A DNA stretch of 28,840 nucleotides from positions 1-28,840 of the IMG/VR virus record IMGVR_UViG_3300012665_000317, one strand, 5' to 3'. Both the position numbers and the translations under genes were made by a program. The notes below the pieces were generated by a model, which saw only the letters and a list, made by a program, of their open reading frames with translations, ran no database searches and was not told where the DNA came from. The stretch is from a virus. Lineage: Duplodnaviria; Caudoviricetes. How positions within the stretch are numbered: position 1 is the first letter of the stretch; every line of letters starts with the position of its first letter. Of this stretch, positions 7,797 through 15,116 are shown in pieces.

Positions 7797-8742
7797 TAAA
7801 TTTCTTTTTAAGATAAAAGCTACCTACAAATATAACTAACATTGTAGATAACGTTACAACTGTTGGCACAATCAGTGGAAGATTTTTACTCATAAAGTAA
7901 AAATAATTTACAGCATTCATAGCTAAGACAGTCCACAGCATAGTTTCTTTCTTAACCCACCCTAGTAAAATATTACCAAATGGTGCAAAGAATAACACTA
8001 CAGGCATTGCCGCTAACCACATATAGTATACTTCTGGCTGAATAGCGTCAAGGACTAGGCCTCTGTAAGCAATACCGAAAACAGTAACAACTGCCATAAG
8101 AACAATACTAATATCAGTGCTGATCTTTTCCTTCATTCCGTAATAACAGGTAAGTGCAATATAAATCAACATATCTGATCCTGTACCAAACATTGCACTA
8201 GCACATCCGCCGATAAATGACCAAAAACTAAAACTAAGTAGTCGTTCTTTACTGTCAATATCTATTCTATCTTGATTGCTATCATTCCGTGTTACTAGAT
8301 ATGCTACAATAAAAGACAGAGCTAGACTTACAAACAACATCTGTACAGTCTTAAATGCAACTAGATGATAAATGCTAGACATAAAAATAAATCCAGCAAA
8401 ATTAATTAGTGCATAAAACGGAACCCATTTGAAGGTTGATAAACTATGACCTTTTCTAGTCAAAATCCAAATAGCCGCCGAGACCATACCGATGCTTTGT
8501 ATTGCTAGACTAAAATCTCTAGCAGCCATTGGAGTGATTTTAAAATACAGACTTAATATCGGGAAAGCAACAGCACCGCCACCTTCTGGTGTAAATCCAG
8601 CAATTGCTGACCCGAACACCATCATTACAGCATATAACCAGTGTGTGTCATACAATGCAAATCCAGGTCCGGTTAAGATCAAATATAACCATGAGATTAG
8701 TACTGCGCCTGCCCAAACAGGCCATATTACTTTCTTATCCAT
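7789..8742 (-). CDS. TauE/SafE (TSUP) family membrane transporter
   Basis: Multiple hydrophobic helices; repeated Gly motifs AGFTPEGGGAVAFPIL and GGCASAMFGTGSD. Confidence 0.8.
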   Translation of the reverse strand: MDKKVIWPVWAGAVLISWLYLILTGPGFALYDTHWLYAVMMVFGSAIAGFTPEGGGAVAFPILSLYFKITPMAARDFSLAIQSIGMVSAAIWILTRKGHSLSTFKWVPFYALINFAGFIFMSSIYHLVAFKTVQMLFVSLALSFIVAYLVTRNDSNQDRIDIDSKERLLSFSFWSFIGGCASAMFGTGSDMLIYIALTCYYGMKEKISTDISIVLMAVVTVFGIAYRGLVLDAIQPEVYYMWLAAMPVVLFFAPFGNILLGWVKKETMLWTVLAMNAVNYFYFMSKNLPLIVPTVVTLSTMLVIFVGSFYLKKKFNE

Positions 8743-9473
8743 TACTTGCTCTGTGCTGGAAGAATGTAGTTGTACTCAACTAACCCACTGTCTACAGTAA
8801 TCATCATAGCACCGGCATCGGCAATCTTCATAGTCTTGTCACCGTCAAGTGCAAGAATAGCTATTACTTGATTTACAGGCCAAGACCATGATTGTTTCAG
8901 TTTACCTTTAATTCCAGATTGAAATGTAAAGCTACCTGCGTGTGTGCTTGCATCACCAAAGAAGAATACTAGATCTCCGTCGTCTGTTTTAACCTGGAAC
9001 ACAGTTTCTTCTGTATGTGCCTGTGCCTGTAGTCTAAGTCTTCCAATGCTTGCTACAGCCGGTTGGAATTCGATATCCCAGTTAGCACCCTTAAACTTAA
9101 CTGTCTTAAGTTTTTCGTTAATGATTTCACTATTCATAAATCGATAGTCATTAACAAAGTCCCCAGTTGCATTTTGAAAATGCAAACTAGTTGGGATTTC
9201 AACACCGTTGCGTTGTTGTTTAACAACTTCAATGCTTGCACCTTCTTTGTACTCTGGGTTCTTTAAGTGTAATGCTAACTTGTCTAAGTTGGGCATACCA
9301 AAGACGCCGTCGAACTCGTCAACTGCTTTATGTGTTTTAGCAGTAACAATAACTGAGCGGTCTTCAGCCATAGATTCAATTGTAGTAGAATCTTTTTCTC
9401 CTGTGACTTTAACTAGCGGCAAAAAGCCTAGTTGATGTGTATGCGCTACGATGTCTTTTAAAATATCTTGCAT
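8742..9473 (-). CDS. DNA polymerase sliding clamp (gp45/PCNA-like)
   Basis: 243 aa directly downstream of PolB; two-domain alpha/beta pattern; C-terminal YNYILPA resembles the PCNA end. Confidence 0.7.
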   Translation of the reverse strand: MQDILKDIVAHTHQLGFLPLVKVTGEKDSTTIESMAEDRSVIVTAKTHKAVDEFDGVFGMPNLDKLALHLKNPEYKEGASIEVVKQQRNGVEIPTSLHFQNATGDFVNDYRFMNSEIINEKLKTVKFKGANWDIEFQPAVASIGRLRLQAQAHTEETVFQVKTDDGDLVFFFGDASTHAGSFTFQSGIKGKLKQSWSWPVNQVIAILALDGDKTMKIADAGAMMITVDSGLVEYNYILPAQSK

Positions 9474-9493
9474 GATTGTTTCCTTTGTTGTAT

Positions 9494-9522
9494 AGTATAT
9501 AGGTTTTTAGGTTAGAAGTCAA
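9494..9522 (-). promoter_or_regulatory. sigma70-type promoter for the clamp-TauE-dpdA operon
   Basis: TTGACT (9522-9517) - 17 nt - TATACT (9499-9494); AAGGA SD follows. Confidence 0.7.
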
Positions 9523-12178
9523 ATAATTTATTGAAAGTATTTGTCTGTTCGGTTGATCTGATATCCCAATTTAGAACCCCAATTAAGTTTTCTAATTTGT
9601 TATCAATGATTGTAGCTTCCATTTCTTCGTGATCAAATGGTAAATCTTTAAACCACTGAGGCAGTCTAAGTTCGTCCACTGGATAAGCTACACTAGTAAA
9701 CCCCAGTGGATTCTCTTTAAGTTTACAAACGATTACTTTGGCTCCGTCTGTAATACCCATAGAATATTTGTCGTCATACATACGTTTGAGTGTATTCCAA
9801 TTAATACTGGCACGAACGTGACCTGGCATATTGGTCTTGCCGTTCTTTTCTTCTTTACCTTGATAGGCAGTGATATTGTTAGCACGTTTAGGGCTACCTT
9901 TCTCCCAACCTGGACGGGCTTTAAAGTTAGTACGGAATTCAGTAATATGATCCAAAACTTGTTCTTCAGTAAAACCAGTCAAGACTTTTTCCAACACATC
10001 ACTTAAGAAGTTTTGAATAAATTCTGGCGTATCACTACGTTTCAGATCCAAGCCCATGGCCTTGATCTTACCCGGTTTACCTTCTACATCAAGACGTTTG
10101 CCTTCTTTATCATAGTAAAGAACAGCATAACGTTTCTTAGTAATAAACAAACTTTTACTGCCAACAATCTCTCGACCCGCTTTAATAACTTCTCCGCGTG
10201 TCTTTGGCGTATGAAAGGCGTCAAGCATAAATTGCGGGAATGTGTTATTAACTTCGTCGGCAATTTGGTCATAAAGTTGTATTACGGTTTCCTTGGTCCA
10301 CGGAATCGATCCCGAGTCAATATCTTTCTTAAGCGTCTTATAAGCAGAAAAATAACAACTATCAGTATCACCGTAGATAATAGCTTTTCCAACATGGTTA
10401 TTATCTCCTGTAATAATTTCATTAACCTTGCCAGCCATGTGTTTAGCAATAGCACGACCAGTTAATGTAGTACTTTGTCCAATACGCTTATCAAAAAAGC
10501 GACAACCGGGGTTAAGAATGGCACCATACAAACTATTAAGATTAATCTTTTTAACGAGCTGTCGTTTATCCCAGTATTCTTCTTCAACTTTATTTCCTGC
10601 TTTAATACATTCCTTTAGTTTGGCCTGCATCTCTTTACGTTCGGCATACCAACGCTTGAGCAAACCGGGAATAATACCTTCTTTTTCGTAAGTAAAGATA
10701 GTACCGTTAGCACTTAGAATAAATGGTTGATTACTCTCAAAGACCAATTGATATACTTCGGCAGCACTTAGCACATCGACGTTACCATCTTCCCAGTCAA
10801 TGGTAATTTCAGTACCGATCTCTTTGTTCATTACAGCGGTATATTCTACACTACCGAACATTCCTTCCCAAGCTGCCGCAAAACTTTTACCTTTAGCAGT
10901 TAAGTTATCGATATAGTCTTGTGTGTTAGTTTGCCGCAACTGACCAATGATAGTTTCCGGACCCATGTTAAGCGCACGAATCGCACTAGGATACAATGAG
11001 TTAATATCTAGAGACCCCACCCAATCTTGAATACCTTCTTTAGGATAGGCTACATATGCACCAGCGGCTCCTTCGTTGCCTTCTCGTTCTTCCATTTTAG
11101 TTCTATTAGGAACTTGAAATCCTCTACGATGGCATTCGTTAATAATAGCCTGTTCTGTAACAGCTACCGCACCCATTGTAGTTTGTAGCAACACTGTACA
11201 CTCATGTGCTAGTTTGTTAGATAAATCAATAAACTTTAGTTTCTTATCTAGTTTATCAAGCAATGCACAGTCTTGTCTGTTATATTCAATAAACTTTTTA
11301 AAGTCATTGTTATACAGTTGATCGAGTGTGCCTTCGTAGACTGTCTTGGTCTCACCAATCTCCATTTCTCCAATAGCATCTAATCGATAGGTATGGCGTT
11401 CTTCATATGTGTACTTGCGATATAGTTCAAGGCTGTCTAAGTGTACACGACCATGTAGATCATAAGTAGTAGCTGTTTTACCATACTTTTCGTATTCACG
11501 CTTCTTGGGAAATTGATCCCACAAACAGAGTCTACGTGTGTCGTCTTTGCTTAGGACCTTAGTAATACGATTAACAGTATATGGCATATCAAAACCCTCA
11601 CTGTTCCACCCGCTTAGGATGTCTGCATCTTGTATTAAGTTTAAGAATGTGTCCAGCATGTCTGCTTCGTTGTCAAAGATATGCGTGTTAGGAAATTCTT
11701 TAACAAGTTCTTCTGCTTGTTTAATACTCATGCCTTTTGGAGGCACAGCAAGACAGACCATAGTTTCTAGCCATTGTAGGTAGACAGCGATTGCAGTAAT
11801 AGGCATAAATGCATCTTCTGGACTAGCATAGCCACGTTCTGGATCAAAGTCTACCTCAATATCCCAGAAAGCTACATTGAGCTTTGGTGCATCCTGATTG
11901 AGATAGTTTTCGCTTAGACATACAAAGATCGGATTAATATCTGCTTCGTATAATTTTTTATTAGAGTTAATAGCCATTTCCTTACGGAAATCTTTTGAAT
12001 TTTTTGCAATAACTCTTGATAGAGGTTCCCCGTAAATACTTTGGTATTTGCCTCTTGGATCGGGATAATAAAAAGTGTATCGAACTGGAAATTCTTTAAA
12101 GACTCTTTTGCCTTCATTAGAACGTTCGACAACTTTGATGATGTCAGCATCTCGCTGAAAATATGCGTCTACGTACAA
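9512..12178 (-). CDS. family B DNA polymerase with 3'-5' exonuclease
   Basis: ExoI DIE, ExoII WNSEGFD, ExoIII YNRQD; DINSLYPS, KINLNSLYG, YGDTDS, KKRY; TTG start with AGGAG. Confidence 0.97.
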   Translation of the reverse strand: MYVDAYFQRDADIIKVVERSNEGKRVFKEFPVRYTFYYPDPRGKYQSIYGEPLSRVIAKNSKDFRKEMAINSNKKLYEADINPIFVCLSENYLNQDAPKLNVAFWDIEVDFDPERGYASPEDAFMPITAIAVYLQWLETMVCLAVPPKGMSIKQAEELVKEFPNTHIFDNEADMLDTFLNLIQDADILSGWNSEGFDMPYTVNRITKVLSKDDTRRLCLWDQFPKKREYEKYGKTATTYDLHGRVHLDSLELYRKYTYEERHTYRLDAIGEMEIGETKTVYEGTLDQLYNNDFKKFIEYNRQDCALLDKLDKKLKFIDLSNKLAHECTVLLQTTMGAVAVTEQAIINECHRRGFQVPNRTKMEEREGNEGAAGAYVAYPKEGIQDWVGSLDINSLYPSAIRALNMGPETIIGQLRQTNTQDYIDNLTAKGKSFAAAWEGMFGSVEYTAVMNKEIGTEITIDWEDGNVDVLSAAEVYQLVFESNQPFILSANGTIFTYEKEGIIPGLLKRWYAERKEMQAKLKECIKAGNKVEEEYWDKRQLVKKINLNSLYGAILNPGCRFFDKRIGQSTTLTGRAIAKHMAGKVNEIITGDNNHVGKAIIYGDTDSCYFSAYKTLKKDIDSGSIPWTKETVIQLYDQIADEVNNTFPQFMLDAFHTPKTRGEVIKAGREIVGSKSLFITKKRYAVLYYDKEGKRLDVEGKPGKIKAMGLDLKRSDTPEFIQNFLSDVLEKVLTGFTEEQVLDHITEFRTNFKARPGWEKGSPKRANNITAYQGKEEKNGKTNMPGHVRASINWNTLKRMYDDKYSMGITDGAKVIVCKLKENPLGFTSVAYPVDELRLPQWFKDLPFDHEEMEATIIDNKLENLIGVLNWDIRSTEQTNTFNKLFDF

Positions 12179-12193
12179 TTAAATTTTCTCCTA

Positions 12194-12239
12194 TGCAAAT
12201 TGAGGCTTGCAAATACCTACTGTGCGGTTTATGGCCCGC
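12194..12239 (-). promoter_or_regulatory. tandem RNA hairpins abutting the polymerase SD (candidate translational operator)
   Basis: GCGG-GCCAUAAA-CCGC and UGCAA-GCCUCAAU-UUGCA, then U-AGGAG. Confidence 0.55.
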
Positions 12240-12249
12240 CGACCTTCTA

Positions 12250-12537
12250 TTACATATTTAACAGTCTAACATAGCCTATTAGATCAATAGTGACTAATAG
12301 AATATAGTTAGCTACCATGCCTGTACTTTTACGAGTCCAAGCAGCCCATCCAAATATAGCACACTGTGCAATAAAGACTGGATAGAGATAGAAAAACAGT
12401 GGATCAGTTGCTCCGGCTGCTAACACTAGTGCGCAACCTAAACTCATAAACCATGCTGTAATTTCCAGTGTAAATCGAGTAGGCCATTCTTGATAGTCTG
12501 TCCTTGCCCAATTGTAGATGCCTTTTAAGAAATCCAT
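12250..12537 (-). CDS. small membrane protein (about 3 TM)
   Basis: 95 aa with three hydrophobic segments. Confidence 0.75.
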   Translation of the reverse strand: MDFLKGIYNWARTDYQEWPTRFTLEITAWFMSLGCALVLAAGATDPLFFYLYPVFIAQCAIFGWAAWTRKSTGMVANYILLVTIDLIGYVRLLNM

Positions 12538-12803
12538 TAATCTTGCGGCAAGCGTCCAGTTACACCCAAAATCATTTCAACATCTTCCCAAGCGGATTCA
12601 TGTTCTTTCCAATTGTCTTTATGTGCAATGGTAATTGCCTTGTTGATAACACTTGGTTTAATTTCTAATTCTTCTGCTACTGCTTTAACCGTTTCTCTGA
12701 GCCCTTCTTTTAAGTCCTCGATCTCTCGAAGAACAGTCGAGCCTTCGTTGATTAATCTTTCAAGTTTGGCTTTTTCTTCAGGTCCGTACATTCTTGTGCT
12801 CAT
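12537..12803 (-). CDS. DsbA/GapR-like dsDNA-binding protein
   Basis: 88 aa helical; KLERLINE...EIEDLKEGLRETVKAVAEELEIKPSVINKAI pattern; AGGAG SD. Confidence 0.65.
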   Translation of the reverse strand: MSTRMYGPEEKAKLERLINEGSTVLREIEDLKEGLRETVKAVAEELEIKPSVINKAITIAHKDNWKEHESAWEDVEMILGVTGRLPQD

Positions 12804-12824
12804 AGCATCTCCTAGTAAAGTGTT

Positions 12825-12853
12825 AGTATATAGTAATTAGTGATTAAGGTCAA
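12825..12853 (-). promoter_or_regulatory. sigma70-type promoter of the replication block
   Basis: TTGACC (12853-12848) - 17 nt - TATACT (12830-12825). Confidence 0.75.
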
Positions 12854-12861
12854 GAGAAGTC

Positions 12862-12891
12862 AAAAAAATAGCAGCCAATGCTGCTATTTTT
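12862..12891 (-). terminator. Rho-independent terminator closing the late block
   Basis: AAAAAUAGCAGC-AUUG-GCUGCUAUUUUUUU; also U-tailed on the + strand. Confidence 0.88.
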
Positions 12892-12906
12892 GAGCGTATT
12901 GCTTTA

Positions 12907-14556
12907 TTATCTTAAGCCGGCAATAGATAACATTCTACTTAAAGATTCTTCATAGGCGCTTTTATCAACATTAGGAGCACCTGCTGATACTGGTGCACCA
13001 CTTGCTGCTAAGTTTTTCTCTACGTTTTGATCGTTTCGACTTCTAAAATTTCGTGCACCACCTTGAGCTTGGATTAATGCCGCCGAAGCTGCTGCATATT
13101 CTGGAGCACCTGGCTGTACTTGTTTACCGTTGAATGTAATAGGACCATCTGGCTTGCCCATTTTCATTGTACCTTGTACAGATTGATTAGATTGGGTTGA
13201 CGTAGTGCCAGCGGCTGGTAACTTTGGTGCCGCTGTAGGTACCCTAGTAGGTGCAGCCGCTGTTGCTGGAGGAGCCATAGGGCCACCACGTGTAGGTGCT
13301 GCTGGTAATCCTGGTGTTGCTGATTTTCTTGCAGCAGTATCTTGTGCAAATGTTTTTGCAGGCGCTGATTGTGCAGCCGCAGGTGCTGCTGTGGCGGCTG
13401 GCTTAGCTATTGTTGTTATGTCAAGATCTTTACGTCCTGGAGCAGGCGCCGCCGCTGGCTTAGCAGCAGGCGCCGCCGCTGGCTTAGCAGCAGGTGCTGA
13501 TGTTCCGCCTTTGGCAATTTTGTCTAGTGTGTCACCTGGCTTTACTGTATACTCAGTACCGTTAGGTAATTTAATCTTTTGACCAACTTGTATTTTGTTG
13601 ACGTCTTTAATAGCTGGATTTAACTTTTGAATATCTTGAGCACCTGCGTTGCCTTTATAAGCAGTAGGAGTAGCTGTAGTAGCTGGAGCAGTAGCTGGAG
13701 CCGCAGCATTAGCTGCCACAGCCTTATCAACGCCAGTTACATCGTCTTGCGCACCAGATTTAATAGCATCAGCTTGTGCAGCATTTGCAGTCATCGCCGC
13801 GCCCATGTCTGCCATCTCACCATCTTGTCCAGCACCAATAGCTGCCGCCTTATCCGCCGCAGCCTGAGCCGCCGCCGCTTCTTCTCCTGGATTACCTACT
13901 CCAGTGGCAGCACTTGTTGAGTTGCCTCCTGCAGCCATTGCTCGCGCATCAGCACCCTGTTGGGCATCATCCCTGTCTGCTTGATCAGGTGCAACTTTCT
14001 GTGCCGCTGGGGTTGAACCCGATGCAACCTGTTGTCCGTCACTTGTTCTAACTGGGTTACCACTACCGTCAGTCCAGCCACCTTGTACTGTGTTTGCCGG
14101 TGCTGCTAGTGCTGCATCAGCCATACGTTTTCCTGCCGCTTGCGCTTGCGCTTCTGCACCACTAGGGTCATTTGGTGCTGGTGTTTTAGGTTTTCCAGTT
14201 AAGCGATTAATATTTGGATCATCTCCAGGCATAACACGCTCGTCTAAACTATAACCAAATTCTTCAGCAAGACTTTGGGCAATAGAACTCTTAAAAACAA
14301 TGCCTTCATTGGTTTTCTTTTTACCGTTGTCTAATGTTTCCTTACAATCAGCTACCATTTGTTTTAATTCTTTCTGGTCACAATCGGGATGCATTTTGCA
14401 GATTTCTGCTACAGACTTTCCATCCTGGCACATTTTTTTAATATGTGACATTGGTGGGCATTCCTTTTTGTCAGTTTGTTCTTTTTCTTCAGATTCTGTT
14501 AGATATTGCTTATTATTAATAATTTCTAACTTCTGCATTAATGCTCTTAAGTCCAT
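12907..14556 (-). CDS. Ala/Pro-rich probable virion protein with a permuted LysM motif
   Basis: Start MDLRALMQ at 14556 (GGGGA SD); LNPAIKDVNKIQVGQKIKLP followed by YTVKPGDTLDKIA. Confidence 0.75.
   Translation of the reverse strand: MDLRALMQKLEIINNKQYLTESEEKEQTDKKECPPMSHIKKMCQDGKSVAEICKMHPDCDQKELKQMVADCKETLDNGKKKTNEGIVFKSSIAQSLAEEFGYSLDERVMPGDDPNINRLTGKPKTPAPNDPSGAEAQAQAAGKRMADAALAAPANTVQGGWTDGSGNPVRTSDGQQVASGSTPAAQKVAPDQADRDDAQQGADARAMAAGGNSTSAATGVGNPGEEAAAAQAAADKAAAIGAGQDGEMADMGAAMTANAAQADAIKSGAQDDVTGVDKAVAANAAAPATAPATTATPTAYKGNAGAQDIQKLNPAIKDVNKIQVGQKIKLPNGTEYTVKPGDTLDKIAKGGTSAPAAKPAAAPAAKPAAAPAPGRKDLDITTIAKPAATAAPAAAQSAPAKTFAQDTAARKSATPGLPAAPTRGGPMAPPATAAAPTRVPTAAPKLPAAGTTSTQSNQSVQGTMKMGKPDGPITFNGKQVQPGAPEYAAASAALIQAQGGARNFRSRNDQNVEKNLAASGAPVSAGAPNVDKSAYEESLSRMLSIAGLR
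13441..13494. repeat. 24-bp tandem repeat (2.25 copies), coding PAAKPAAA
   Basis: agcaggcgccgccgctggcttagc x2 + agcagg. Confidence 0.9.
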
Positions 14557-14581
14557 TTTGTTCCCCAAATAATCTATAATA

Positions 14582-14588
14582 TATTTAT
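14582..14588 (-). promoter_or_regulatory. late promoter-like ATAAATA box
   Basis: Same heptamer 19-26 nt upstream of four starts; resembles T4 late TATAAATA. Confidence 0.6.
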
Positions 14589-14680
14589 GCTCACTTTGTA
14601 GTCTACGGTAGCGAATCGCTTTCTACGCCCAGCAGCCGGACCACACTTAAAAACGCAAAGGTCCTAAGGTAGTGTGTTCT
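14589..14680 (-). ncRNA. candidate multi-stem structured RNA
   Basis: GC-richer intergenic with stems CACACU/AGUGUG, UCCGG/CUGGG, GUAG/CUAC enclosing AGCG/CGCU. Confidence 0.5.
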
Positions 14681-14681
14681 T

Positions 14682-15116
14682 TTATTTTAATGTAGCCCTT
14701 AGCTGCCAGCTATGTTTGCGATGTGCATCCATTCGAGCTGCTATAAAGTCACTTAATCCGTGTTCGCCTGCTTGTTCAGATAGATCAAAAACCATCTTTA
14801 ACAGTTTGACCATTTTATCGCTATCTTGAAGTAATTCAGCAATCATAGCTCTATCTTCAAGCATGTTTAATTCATCTTCAACTTGTGTTAGCATTGAAAA
14901 GCGTTGAAAGCTAGCAGGTGTGTATGATCCTAACTTTCGAATGTTTTCTGCAAAGTCATCAATGCTAGCATATACTTCTTCATATACTGTACCAAACAAC
15001 ATGTGTAGTTGTGGGAACAATGGACCTTCCACATTCCAATGAAAGTTCTGTGCTTTAACAGCAAATGCATATTCACTAGCAAATGCAATCTTTATTGCTT
15101 TTTTGAGTTCATCCAT
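14682..15116 (-). CDS. dps: Dps-family DNA-protecting ferritin-like protein
   Basis: NFHWNVEGPLFPQLHMLF, DDFAENIRKLG, HRKHSWQL. Confidence 0.92.
   Translation of the reverse strand: MDELKKAIKIAFASEYAFAVKAQNFHWNVEGPLFPQLHMLFGTVYEEVYASIDDFAENIRKLGSYTPASFQRFSMLTQVEDELNMLEDRAMIAELLQDSDKMVKLLKMVFDLSEQAGEHGLSDFIAARMDAHRKHSWQLRATLK

Noticed and set aside
9512-12178. Intein, intron or split in the polymerase
   Set aside because: Continuous 888-aa ORF with all motifs at normal spacing.
13441-13494. CRISPR-like or regulatory repeat
   Set aside because: In-frame coding tandem repeat with no spacers.
14600-14630. tRNA suggested by the T-loop-like GAUUCGCU
   Set aside because: No cloverleaf, acceptor stem or CCA; retained only as an unassigned structured RNA.
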